Of a stretch of 64,000 bases of DNA, positions 1 through 8,699 are shown one piece after another; within the stretch, counting starts at the first letter, position 1, and each line of letters begins with the position of its first letter. Location: positions 1 to 64,000 of IMG/VR virus record IMGVR_UViG_3300014502_000005; one strand, given 5' to 3'. A program made the translations under genes and the position numbers. Under the pieces are notes generated by a model, which was given only the letters and a program-made list of their open reading frames with translations, was not told the origin of the DNA and made no database searches. Source of the DNA: a virus.

Positions 1-104
1 TAGCGGATTAAATAGTAATAACTTATCAAATTAGTAGAATGAATATAGAAAGCACAGAACTTCAAAACGGCACGGAAACCGCTATTGGTTATATACCCAA
101 CGTT
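1..104 (-). repeat. attC-like hairpin element, truncated by the window edge; opposite orientation to the 58 kb and 63 kb copies
   Basis: Inner stem TAGCGG/CCGCTA, ends ...TATATACCCA-AC-GTT; loop similar to the reverse complement of the 63060-63201 and 58366-58504 elements. Confidence 0.7.
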
Positions 105-378
105 AAATTAATTCCACTGTTTTGTATTTCAAAAAGTAAATCGCCTCATCGTCGTTAGGTGAAAATTCTAGTAATTCCAGATAGTCTAAAAAGTCTTTTC
201 TTTGGGGCCTACTCAATTCTTTAATAAGGTTCATACATTGAGTGTTTTGCCCGTTAATCTTTGAATTTAAAATGTGATTAAAATAATCGTCAGTACTTTT
301 AAATCCGTAGTCTGTTAGATCGTGTTTGCTTATCATATCAAAAAGTTTTAAGGATTGCAGTTTCAGGGAATAAATCAC
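103..378 (-). CDS. Hypothetical protein
   Basis: ORF in packed minus-strand cluster; its stop TAA lies in the AAC end of the attC-like element. Confidence 0.7.
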   Translation of the reverse strand: MIYSLKLQSLKLFDMISKHDLTDYGFKSTDDYFNHILNSKINGQNTQCMNLIKELSRPQRKDFLDYLELLEFSPNDDEAIYFLKYKTVELI

Positions 379-703
379 AACCTTTATTTAAAAGGTAGCG
401 TGTTTGTTTCCTGGCTTTAACTAGTTTAATAAATTCTTTTCCTTTTTCGGTAAGACAGTAAAAGTCATAATGTTCATATTCTATAAAATCAGTAGAATAC
501 CGGCATCCACCTATTCTTAATATAGAATACTCATAAGTCGAAATTTCAAGCGAAGGCAAAAGCTTCTCGGGTTCGTTTTTAAACTTATTCCAGATAATAG
601 AAGTTGGCAAAAGCTTTTCCATTGGGAATAAGGCTAAAACCTCTTTAATACAAATGCGATCTGCGTAACTTACTTTTCTCGATAATAAAGTTCGTGTTTT
701 CAT
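338..703 (-). CDS. Hypothetical protein
   Basis: 121 aa ORF in packed cluster. Confidence 0.7.
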   Translation of the reverse strand: MKTRTLLSRKVSYADRICIKEVLALFPMEKLLPTSIIWNKFKNEPEKLLPSLEISTYEYSILRIGGCRYSTDFIEYEHYDFYCLTEKGKEFIKLVKARKQTRYLLNKGCDLFPETAILKTF

Positions 704-876
704 TGTTTATATTTTTTAATGTACGAATCTGATACATAAATACTAGTATCCCTAAATTCAACTTTATAAACTAGTCCTTTGCTCCACTTCTCTATAGAAG
801 TGATTACCCCTAAATAATTTGGGCTGTCTTTGGTGGCCTTATCATTTGCCACAATGTCCCCTATTTGTGTTTTCAT
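700..876 (-). CDS. Small hypothetical protein (58 aa, MKTQIGDIVANDKATK...), not in ORF track
   Basis: Fills the gap exactly with ATGA overlaps on both neighbours. Confidence 0.7.
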   Translation of the reverse strand: MKTQIGDIVANDKATKDSPNYLGVITSIEKWSKGLVYKVEFRDTSIYVSDSYIKKYKQ

Positions 877-1223
877 TGTCCTGTATTTTTAATAGTAAAA
901 AAATCATTAATAAAAGAATTAAATATACCTATTGCTGAATTTTCATCTAATGAGTGAAAATTACATTTCCCAGAATAAAGATTGCCCGCATATTTTTGTA
1001 TGATTAGTTTTGCGCTTATTTCGTCTTCAAATCGGCAAAATATAGAGCATGCCTTCGAAAGGTTTGTATTTTTTTCCAAGTGAATAACTAATCGGCCATA
1101 TTGCTTAGACCTATATGTATAAGTATCTAATTCTCTCAGGTCGTTACTTTCTTGGAAATTATTTTTTATTAAGATGCTTTTAATTTGATTATTAAAAGCC
1201 CGAAACTTTTTTATGTTTTTCAT
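873..1223 (-). CDS. Hypothetical protein
   Basis: 116 aa ORF with ATGA coupling. Confidence 0.7.
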   Translation of the reverse strand: MKNIKKFRAFNNQIKSILIKNNFQESNDLRELDTYTYRSKQYGRLVIHLEKNTNLSKACSIFCRFEDEISAKLIIQKYAGNLYSGKCNFHSLDENSAIGIFNSFINDFFTIKNTGQ

Positions 1224-1492
1224 AAGTTGTCAGCTATAAAAGTTAAAGTGTCTTTTGGGATTAAATTAATATCCTTAATTTCTTTGCCCAACCAAGAAAT
1301 GTTTTTCCTAGCTTCTTGTACATAATGCTTAACGGTTGTTGTTACTTCGCCGCAATGTTGCCCAAAGCCTTGAGGCGCAAAAGGATATTCGTTAGCTGCC
1401 AATATTGTTCCGTCGTGAAGTATAGCCGTATACCGGTCAAAAGACCTGCCTTCGTTGTCAAATAGCCAGAAATGTTTTTTATTTGTTTTCAT
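1220..1492 (-). CDS. Hypothetical phage protein (DNEGRSFDRYT...PQGFGQH motif)
   Basis: 90 aa ORF; motif type recurrent in phage small-gene clusters. Confidence 0.7.
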   Translation of the reverse strand: MKTNKKHFWLFDNEGRSFDRYTAILHDGTILAANEYPFAPQGFGQHCGEVTTTVKHYVQEARKNISWLGKEIKDINLIPKDTLTFIADNL

Positions 1493-1563
1493 AAGAGTTA
1501 GTTTTAAATTGTTTATAATTAAGTTTCAATAAAATAGCCCTCTTTGTACGAACTTTGAACCGA

Positions 1564-2133
1564 CTAATTTATTTCATTCATTAATTCTAGCTCCTCATCT
1601 GTAAATAAGGCTTTTAAATTCATATACTCATCAACTGCAGAGTTATAAATTCTTTCATCTTTTTTACTATCGGTATTATAACCGAAATCAGAACAAAAGT
1701 TTTCAAACGTACCAGGATCATATTTTGTAAGACAGGCCAAAATATCATAATTGTTTGGTGCCTCCCTTTCGTGCTTAATAATGTTAATTGGATCATGCCT
1801 TATATCTAATCTATTTTTATTGAGTGTATAAATCTGTTCTATTTTGCGTTTTGCGTCGTCTTCACACACAAAGAAGTTATGAAGTATATTTAATTTAAAC
1901 TTAGCGTCTAAAGAGTAATAAACTGATTTTTTAAGAGATTGGCCGAACTCAAAAGAATAAACATATTCACCTCTTTTTAACATGATTTGATAAATATCAC
2001 GTGTCTCTTTTTCACCTTCAAAGTAACTATCATGTTTTAGATACCTAGCGACAAGGCTAGTTTTAGTTTTCTTTAAAAAGGTTAACGCTTGGTTTTCATA
2101 TTCGCTAATTCCTTTATTCTTTGTTGTTTTCAT
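1564..2133 (-). CDS. Hypothetical phage protein (YDILACLTKYDPGTFENFCSDFGY motif)
   Basis: 189 aa ORF. Confidence 0.8.
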   Translation of the reverse strand: MKTTKNKGISEYENQALTFLKKTKTSLVARYLKHDSYFEGEKETRDIYQIMLKRGEYVYSFEFGQSLKKSVYYSLDAKFKLNILHNFFVCEDDAKRKIEQIYTLNKNRLDIRHDPINIIKHEREAPNNYDILACLTKYDPGTFENFCSDFGYNTDSKKDERIYNSAVDEYMNLKALFTDEELELMNEIN

Positions 2134-2363
2134 AATTTTGAGTTATTAAGTTTACAATAAAAATTTTTAGCAGTTGAATTAATTTGTTCTTTTCTTAATT
2201 CCTGTAATTCCTGAAGGCTTTTACCTTTCAGTTTTAAAATCCAATAGTTTTTTGTTTTTTCTGGGAACCCTGAAATAAAGCTATGATATTCTAAGTATTT
2301 GGCACAATCATTTAAAAGTGCGTTTTGCTCTTTTGTTTGCTCAATGATTGATTGTATTTTCAT
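2130..2363 (-). CDS. Hypothetical protein
   Basis: 77 aa ORF with ATGA coupling. Confidence 0.65.
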   Translation of the reverse strand: MKIQSIIEQTKEQNALLNDCAKYLEYHSFISGFPEKTKNYWILKLKGKSLQELQELRKEQINSTAKNFYCKLNNSKL

Positions 2364-2367
2364 AATC

Positions 2368-2649
2368 TTATTTTTTATTAATTAATATCATCAAATCATA
2401 AATACAAGAGTAACCAGGGAATTTTTTATTGAAAGTTTTATGTATTTCATATGCGTACCAATCGCCGCGCCAGGGAAGATTTAATTGTTCTAAGCAAGTG
2501 ATCCGGCAGGTAGGTATTTTAATCATAATGTCATCGTCGCTAGTTTCAAAAGTGCCAATAAAAGTTTTTTTAGAATCCGTAAATTCTATCTGATAAAAAG
2601 AATTACCAGCGACACCATTTCTTTGGAATATCATTGACCTTATTTTCAT
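2368..2649 (-). CDS. Hypothetical protein
   Basis: 93 aa ORF (QRNGVAGNSFY...WRGD). Confidence 0.7.
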   Translation of the reverse strand: MKIRSMIFQRNGVAGNSFYQIEFTDSKKTFIGTFETSDDDIMIKIPTCRITCLEQLNLPWRGDWYAYEIHKTFNKKFPGYSCIYDLMILINKK

Positions 2650-2778
2650 AGTTTAGTTTTTTAGTTTGCTATAATAAAAGTACAATAATCTATTTTAAAA
2701 AAGAATGACTTTTGTCATGTTTTACAGCATTATTTTAAATAAAGTGTATGTTATAAAACATACACTTTATTAATTACT

Positions 2779-3201
2779 TTATAGTCTGATGCCTATTCCT
2801 ATTTTAGAATTTAAATTAAAGTCTACGTCTACGTTAAACGATAGTACTTTATTTAATTCTTTTAATATAGAGATACTTAACAGAACATTAGATTTTCTTA
2901 TCTGATCCTTATAGTCTATATAGTCGGCTCCAATAGAGAAGATAAGGAATTCTTCTTTTTTGTCTAATACTTTATAGCCTACTTGCAAGGAACCACGTTT
3001 AAATTCTGTATAACTACCAGAAAAATTAAACTCTCCTTTGTCAAAAGAAGGCGTTAGGTAAATAACCTTAGAACATGGAACATAAACCTTTAATCCAATT
3101 CCATTTAAAAATGGTGCATACGTAGGGGTTAAATAAACATTTTGGCCCCAAATAGAGAAACATCCGATAAGGATAACTGTTAATGTGATTAATCTTTTCA
3201 T
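2779..3201 (-). CDS. Exported protein, probable small outer-membrane beta-barrel
   Basis: Signal peptide MKRLITLTVILIGCFSIWGQ; amphipathic beta-strands; C-terminal IGIGIRL beta-signal-like strand. Confidence 0.55.
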   Translation of the reverse strand: MKRLITLTVILIGCFSIWGQNVYLTPTYAPFLNGIGLKVYVPCSKVIYLTPSFDKGEFNFSGSYTEFKRGSLQVGYKVLDKKEEFLIFSIGADYIDYKDQIRKSNVLLSISILKELNKVLSFNVDVDFNLNSKIGIGIRL

Positions 3202-3214
3202 TTTCTTTAGTTTT

Positions 3215-3271
3215 GATTAAGACAAGGCCTTTCGACCTTGTTTCGCTTAATTTAAAGCTCGTCAGTTAATC
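3215..3271 (-). ncRNA. Hammerhead ribozyme (type I)
   Basis: Minus strand GAUUAA-CUGACGA-GCUU(UAAAUU)AAGC-GAAA-CAAGGUC(GAAA)GGCCUUG-UC-UUAAUC: full catalytic core, stems I-III, GUC cleavage triplet. Confidence 0.9.
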
Positions 3272-3418
3272 TTTTACAATAATCAAAGCTGAATATTGAG
3301 TGAGGGCGTCCTGATATTTAATATCTATTAAATCTTCAGCCTCGTACTCTTTTAAAATGACATTTATTTCAGCTTCAAAATCAATCCCAATACTGTTTAC
3401 TACTAAAAAAGTTTTCAT
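3266..3418 (-). CDS. Small acidic hypothetical protein (50 aa, MKTFLVVNSIGIDFEAE...), not in ORF track
   Basis: ATG-TAA frame after an A-rich leader; stop codon is part of hammerhead stem I. Confidence 0.6.
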   Translation of the reverse strand: MKTFLVVNSIGIDFEAEINVILKEYEAEDLIDIKYQDALTQYSALIIVKD

Positions 3419-3442
3419 AATTTTTAATTTAATGATTAATAA

Positions 3443-3613
3443 TTAATTAGGATATATATAAAAAATCTTTTCCTCTAATTGTTTAGTCCCTGTATTTGTA
3501 ACATTAAATGCTATTTCTTCCCTTTTTTTAACTTGCTTTTTAAATAAGTAAAGCCAGTTATTTTCAGGTTCCGGGAAGTCTATATAATTAAGTTCAATGT
3601 CTATAGGTTCCAT
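3443..3613 (-). CDS. Small hypothetical protein (56 aa, MEPIDIELNYIDFPEPE...), not in ORF track
   Basis: ATG-TAA frame filling the gap between neighbours. Confidence 0.6.
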   Translation of the reverse strand: MEPIDIELNYIDFPEPENNWLYLFKKQVKKREEIAFNVTNTGTKQLEEKIFYIYPN

Positions 3614-3621
3614 AATTGTAG

Positions 3622-3822
3622 TTATTTAATTACATAACCATTATAAGTAAATTTTTCAACTGCAAAGCCAGCCCTGGTTATTTCACTAATAAATAGTTCC
3701 TCTTGCATAGACGCTATTTCATTCTCTAGTTTATCTACTGATTCAGCAGAACAACCCTCTAAATCGAATTGGTTTAAAATAAACTGAGCTATTTCTTTTT
3801 TTGTGTAAAGTTGAGTTCCCAT
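3622..3822 (-). CDS. Hypothetical protein
   Basis: 66 aa acidic ORF, first of the leftward cluster. Confidence 0.65.
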   Translation of the reverse strand: MGTQLYTKKEIAQFILNQFDLEGCSAESVDKLENEIASMQEELFISEITRAGFAVEKFTYNGYVIK

Positions 3823-4001
3823 GATTTCTATCGTTAGATTGTTTATATAAATATACGGAGTATTATAAAATATTGTACCCTAAAAATGGTGATATTCATC
3901 ACTAGTACTAGGTGATATAGATCACCTTTTGACATGACAAAAATCATGTTTTATGTTAAAATCTTGTTAATAACTTGTAATTCAGGTATGATTAAAATGA
4001 G

Positions 4002-4009
4002 TATATTTG
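4002..4009 (+). promoter_or_regulatory. Bacteroidota -7 promoter element TATATTTG
   Basis: TAnnTTTG 13 nt before the ATG at 4023. Confidence 0.65.
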
Positions 4010-4022
4010 TAATATAAAATAT

Positions 4023-4787
4023 ATGATTATGAAGACAAGTGTTGTAATGAAAAGTACTGACAGGCTATTATTTGGGACTGTAATTAGGCAAGAAACTAAG
4101 ACCGGAATGCTTAATATTTCCGATTTAGAAGCTATTGCGGCTAAAAGAAATGCTTTAAAAGATTATTCAATAAAGCATATTAGTGAATTAATTTCAAGAA
4201 AAGAAAATCTTGAACGTATTTTTTATATTATTAAAAAACAAGATATTATAAACGTAGACCTGTCTACTTTTATAGGTAATGTTGAAAATAAGGGTATTAC
4301 AACTACATTAAAATCATTAGGTATATGGAGAACATCTGGCGCAAGACACACTAAGACATCATGGGCCAATCCTTATATATGGATGCTTTTAGCATTAGAA
4401 ATGAGCCCAGAAATATATGGAGAAGCTGTTGTATGGCTAAGCGATCAATTAATAGTAAATCGTATTGAAGCTGGGAATATGTATAAAGGATTAACAGGAT
4501 CAATATCTAAATTTAAGGATGTTGATTACATCAAACTCGCAAAAGCTTTAAACTATATTGTATTTAATAGGCACGAGGCGGGTATTCGTAATTCAGCATC
4601 AATAAAAGAGCTAAAGGAACTTGAGCAATTAGAAAGGCAAATGGCGTTTTCGATTGATTTTGGATATATTAAAACTTTTGACCAGCTTATTTTGGACTTA
4701 CGTAAAATATGGAATGATAAATGGAATAACCATAAGTATTTATTGCAAAAGAATGATAAGTCGGGAATGCTAAAACATGCTCTTTAA
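4023..4787 (+). CDS. KilA-N-like DNA-binding/regulatory protein
   Basis: IRQETKTGMLNISDL and GARHTKTSWANPYIW motifs; C-terminal helical GIRNSA...EL..LE region typical of Bacteroidota KilA-N proteins. Confidence 0.65.
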   Translation: MIMKTSVVMKSTDRLLFGTVIRQETKTGMLNISDLEAIAAKRNALKDYSIKHISELISRKENLERIFYIIKKQDIINVDLSTFIGNVENKGITTTLKSLGIWRTSGARHTKTSWANPYIWMLLALEMSPEIYGEAVVWLSDQLIVNRIEAGNMYKGLTGSISKFKDVDYIKLAKALNYIVFNRHEAGIRNSASIKELKELEQLERQMAFSIDFGYIKTFDQLILDLRKIWNDKWNNHKYLLQKNDKSGMLKHAL

Positions 4788-5403
4788 CATATTAACAAGG
4801 AAATATTATCCACCAATGGTAGGCAAGTTTTAAAATATCGTCTTGTAGGTATGTTAAAAAACATGTTTTAGTATAAAAGAGTCAAAAATAATTTGTATAT
4901 TTGTATGACAAACAATAGGGTATCACAAATTGTGATCTTTAAATAAGAAGCCAGGGATAAAGTTAAGGCAATAGAAAGTAAAAAGGATTAAAGATAAAAC
5001 TAGGCAATAAGTAAAGTAAGGGACAAACAAAAGGGCGGCCCGGGAAGACAATAAAAGATATAGACATCTTATATTATGAAGCTAAAATAACTCAAATTAC
5101 CTTTATACAATAAGACATATAGACAACATACAAACTTCAATTAAAAATATCCTTTCCTTAACATGCTAAATAACATATTATATAAAGAACCTGTGCAAAA
5201 AATAAAAAAGTTGCACACTTTTGTTGCGCAAATTTGCACAAATATAATCCATAGTTAACGTAATAAACATACATCAAATACACAGGAAAGAGTAATAACT
5301 AGGAATAGGTATCAGAAAGTACTCTCAAATTAAAAGTACTTTGAAATTCAAAGTGGATTGTATAAAGATTTGGGGGTTAATTGACATCTAATCCCTCGTT
5401 CAA

Positions 5404-5598
5404 TCAGTCTTTGGCGAGCAGCTTTAACTCAAATCCAACCTTATCAGCGTATTTACAAGCCAATTCTAATGACATTTGACGCTTGCCAGTCTCATATCTA
5501 TGTAATGTAGCTACTGTAATCCCAAGGTGCTGGGCCATTACTGTTTGAGATATATAACTCATCTTTCTTTCTTGAGTAAGCTTATTTATTATATTCAT
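5404..5598 (-). CDS. XRE-family helix-turn-helix regulator
   Basis: ISQTVMAQHLGITVATLHRYETGKRQMS HTH_3 signature; own TACATTTG promoter at 5615-5622. Confidence 0.85.
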   Translation of the reverse strand: MNIINKLTQERKMSYISQTVMAQHLGITVATLHRYETGKRQMSLELACKYADKVGFELKLLAKD

Positions 5599-5694
5599 AT
5601 ATATGTATTTTATACAAATGTACTAAAAATCCCCGAATAATAGGTACAAACGTACTAACCTATCTTTCATAATACTAATTAGGTGGCAATGTAA

Positions 5695-5730
5695 AACAAA
5701 AAACCCTGGCGAGCTTCGCAGCAGACCAGG
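5695..5730 (-). terminator. Intrinsic terminator
   Basis: CCCTGG...CCAGGG stem followed by a T-run on the minus strand. Confidence 0.65.
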
Positions 5731-5758
5731 GATAACAACCTCTTTATGAAAAATCTTT

Positions 5759-5848
5759 CTATGAAAAAACAACTAACAACAATGTTGAAACTATGCCAAT
5801 CAATGAGAGCACGAATGCTTCTGCTTTTTGTAATGTTAAATTTTTCAT
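5759..5848 (-). CDS. 29-aa single-TM peptide MKNLTLQKAEAFVLSLIGIVSTLLLVVFS, not in ORF track
   Basis: ATG-TAG frame between a TATCTTTA promoter-like element and a terminator. Confidence 0.55.
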   Translation of the reverse strand: MKNLTLQKAEAFVLSLIGIVSTLLLVVFS

Positions 5849-6230
5849 GATGTATAATATTAAATGGTTACTTAAAGATAACCATATCATAGGTAATGTG
5901 CAAGTATTTATACATATATTATCATTCCAAAAACATGTTGTTTAACATATCCTAGAGTAAAACATCATGGGCAATCGGTCATGAGTGTTCCAAATATCGC
6001 CTTGTAGACATGCTAAACAACATGTTTTGGTATTAATATTGACAACTATACCTTAAAATATATGTTGAACAACATGTTTTTATTTCATTTCGACAACTTA
6101 TCGCTTTCGCTTTGATCTTTGATGAAGGTTGGTTGAATTGGTTTGTTTATATATATATGTGAAAATTAAGTTGTTGACGGGGTGGGGTTCGGCTTTTGTT
6201 GATTTGATATTCGTTTGATGCCCCTTGAAG

Positions 6231-6515
6231 TTAATGAGTAACCCCCAACTTAGACAAACACTCGATATATGTATTGTATAACTCGTATGGTATTATACCT
6301 ATAGAACAGCCTTCATTTTTGCATCCATCAACATCACACCAGCCAAAGTATGGTTCATATTCTTGTTCTTTTTTTGGGTTAGTCAAAATATTTGGCTTAA
6401 TAAAAGTATCTAACACACTATTGCAGTTGATAAGCAACTCGATTATTTCTTTTTTTGAGAACTTCATATACATTTTAATTTTCTGATCGTGGGTTAGTTC
6501 TACTATTTGTATCAT
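6231..6515 (-). CDS. Hypothetical protein
   Basis: 94 aa ORF. Confidence 0.6.
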   Translation of the reverse strand: MIQIVELTHDQKIKMYMKFSKKEIIELLINCNSVLDTFIKPNILTNPKKEQEYEPYFGWCDVDGCKNEGCSIGIIPYELYNTYIECLSKLGVTH

Positions 6516-6736
6516 AGTCCTTTTAGTTTTAAGTATTCTTCTATAGTTACTGGAAGTTTTTTTAATCTCAAAAATGAGTCTGTACGAAATCCTTTTTTGG
6601 TTCCGAATTTATAGGCTTCTTGTATTTCTGATTTTATAAGTTCTTCTATCTTCTTAGTTTGACATTCTGGGGGAAGGCTTACTATTGATATTATTTGGTT
6701 GACAATGCTTTGGTTGTTTCTGGTAAGTCCTCCCAT
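6512..6736 (-). CDS. Hypothetical protein
   Basis: 74 aa ORF. Confidence 0.6.
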   Translation of the reverse strand: MGGLTRNNQSIVNQIISIVSLPPECQTKKIEELIKSEIQEAYKFGTKKGFRTDSFLRLKKLPVTIEEYLKLKGL

Positions 6737-6921
6737 ATATTTGTTAGTTTTTGGTTTTTGTATTTTATGTTTTTATTGTAAATAGATTTTGGTAGGGTGC
6801 AGAAGCCTATCCCGTCTCTTTCTTTTATTTTGAAAGTTACGTGATTGGCATCGTCTCTGTTAAGAACTTTTTTGTTCCCGAACCGATATGCCACCAGCTT
6901 TATGTCCGGCGTTTGTTTCAC
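6691..6921 (-). CDS. Hypothetical protein
   Basis: 76 aa ORF; TATCTTTG promoter at 6953-6960. Confidence 0.55.
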   Translation of the reverse strand: MKQTPDIKLVAYRFGNKKVLNRDDANHVTFKIKERDGIGFCTLPKSIYNKNIKYKNQKLTNIWEDLPETTKALSTK

Positions 6922-6968
6922 TTTTGTAGTTCATATATTGTATATTACAGTGCAAAGATAAGTAAAAA

Positions 6969-7205
6969 TTATTTAATTGGATCACTTTCTTTTAAAAACA
7001 TTTCAAATAGCTCCTCAATACTTTTTTCTTTCTGATCTAATTCAGGCAACATACTCTTTACCCAGCCATATCCGGTATAAAACCAATTATTTTGAAGCCA
7101 TTCACTAAACTCAAATCCATTTATCCAAATTTTTCTAGTTAAACTACTTTCAAATACTGGGAAAACTTTAGTAGCTACTTTTTCTATCTCTGATTTTAGT
7201 ATCAT
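6969..7205 (-). CDS. Hypothetical protein
   Basis: 78 aa ORF. Confidence 0.6.
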   Translation of the reverse strand: MILKSEIEKVATKVFPVFESSLTRKIWINGFEFSEWLQNNWFYTGYGWVKSMLPELDQKEKSIEELFEMFLKESDPIK

Positions 7206-7271
7206 ATTATTGTATTTTGCATTTAAAAAACCGACCGGTCTTCACAGAAGGATCGGCACAAACCAACAAAT

Positions 7272-7442
7272 CTAACTCTTATATTTAATTATGAAGAACA
7301 GCCCTATTCTGAATTTTAACCAGTAAAATCCTATATCCTTGTAATTGCCTAGCATCTTATCTAACAGTATAGTTGGTAAGATATAGAACTGATATCGATG
7401 CCAATCACAATAGAACACCACATCTTCAATCGTGTACTTCAT
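7272..7442 (-). CDS. Small hypothetical protein (56 aa, MKYTIEDVVFYCDWHRYQF...), not in ORF track
   Basis: ATG-TAG frame followed by a terminator-like hairpin at ~7225-7256. Confidence 0.55.
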   Translation of the reverse strand: MKYTIEDVVFYCDWHRYQFYILPTILLDKMLGNYKDIGFYWLKFRIGLFFIIKYKS

Positions 7443-7692
7443 GGTCTTTTTTTATTTTATTGCACATTTCAATATTTAACTTATAAAACTCACTTTTATT
7501 TATCCCTATCCTTTCGGTTACTTCTTCTATGTTACATATGAATGGCCTATTGTCGTATACTGAACAAAGGTTATCATCTGTCAATTTCTCGCATTTCCCG
7601 GTCTCATCAATGATATATGGAAAGTTATTTACTTTTATGTCTTTTAATATCTTACAACATAGCCCACATTTAGAACAAGGAAATTCAGTCAT
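7426..7692 (-). CDS. YkgJ-family cysteine-cluster (Zn/Fe-chelating) protein
   Basis: CSKCGLCC...C...C.VY..RP..C pattern. Confidence 0.8.
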   Translation of the reverse strand: MTEFPCSKCGLCCKILKDIKVNNFPYIIDETGKCEKLTDDNLCSVYDNRPFICNIEEVTERIGINKSEFYKLNIEMCNKIKKDHEVHD

Positions 7693-7928
7693 CGTTTTAA
7701 AATTTTATATTCTATTTTGCTTATCTTTTTAGAATATCTTTCCATCATCCAAGATTCCCACTCTTCAAACTCAGCCCAACTTTCAAATACCTGGTCTGTT
7801 TCTTTTACTTTTCCGTTCTTGTAATATATAACTCCTACTAACTTTATTCTAGTGAAGAAATGTATCGCATAAAGTATAGATACGAAAATTATCAGTATGG
7901 CTATAATTATTTCGATGAATAGTTTCAT
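7689..7928 (-). CDS. Membrane-anchored hypothetical protein
   Basis: N-terminal hydrophobic helix. Confidence 0.6.
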   Translation of the reverse strand: MKLFIEIIIAILIIFVSILYAIHFFTRIKLVGVIYYKNGKVKETDQVFESWAEFEEWESWMMERYSKKISKIEYKILKR

Positions 7929-7931
7929 AAG

Positions 7932-8153
7932 TTACCGTTTTAAGATTAGGATATATTTCTTACCTTTTACCGGGGCTACTATTCTTTTATACATCTCCAA
8001 GTACCGTGAGATTAATTTTGTGGCCTTAGAAATTTTACCCTGGTATACGACTTCAAATTCTTCTATTGTTGTGAAAGCATCCAGTAAAAACTTTTTCTTA
8101 CCGTTCATATTATTGAACCCATCAATCCAAATGTTGCCATTAATGTTAATCAT
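7932..8153 (-). CDS. Hypothetical protein
   Basis: 73 aa ORF. Confidence 0.55.
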   Translation of the reverse strand: MININGNIWIDGFNNMNGKKKFLLDAFTTIEEFEVVYQGKISKATKLISRYLEMYKRIVAPVKGKKYILILKR

Positions 8154-8171
8154 AATTTCTCGGTTTTAAGT

Positions 8172-8699
8172 TTATAAAATATATTTCTCTGCTAATTTAT
8201 AGAAATTAATCCTTTCTGCCAATCCATTATACCCTCCATTTATTATTCGTGTTATTCCTCGTATGTCGTCAATATCTGCAAGTTTATTTAAATCTTTTAA
8301 CCTCCAGAACCAACAAGCTGATTCAACTGCATACTTTGGTTGTTTTAATAATTCGGGATGATTAACACAATCTATGTTAAAATCGTTGTACAATCTTTCG
8401 TAGTTAAACCTACCGGTTATCTGTATTAAGCCTCTGCCTTTAAATTTCTTTCCGTCTCCCGGGTATATATTCCCTAAATCCTTTCTTCCTTCATACGCTT
8501 CTCCTGAAGCTATCTCTTCTACGTACTGGAATGACCCACTTTCTTGCGCTACCTGAGCGATAAAATGGCGAACCCTAAGCAGTGTATCTATATGATATTT
8601 AGGCATTAATTCATTCAAAAATGGAATATAGTTAGCCAGGTTAATCTTATTGGCGTATATGCAAACCTTTTTTAAAATTTCAACTGTTAATGCGTTCAT
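8172..8699 (-). CDS. GH19 (chitinase-like) endolysin
   Basis: FIAQVAQESG, YEGRKDLGN, FKGRGLIQITGRFNY and INGGYNGL motifs. Confidence 0.92.
   Translation of the reverse strand: MNALTVEILKKVCIYANKINLANYIPFLNELMPKYHIDTLLRVRHFIAQVAQESGSFQYVEEIASGEAYEGRKDLGNIYPGDGKKFKGRGLIQITGRFNYERLYNDFNIDCVNHPELLKQPKYAVESACWFWRLKDLNKLADIDDIRGITRIINGGYNGLAERINFYKLAEKYIL

Larger units (their letters stand above)
4777..6075. promoter_or_regulatory. Cluster of palindromic ATG(T/C)T-N4-AACAT sites (4777, 4851, 5163, 5935, 6010, 6062)
   Basis: Six copies; 4833-4873 and 5992-6032 form a ~40 bp imperfect direct repeat. Confidence 0.65.
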
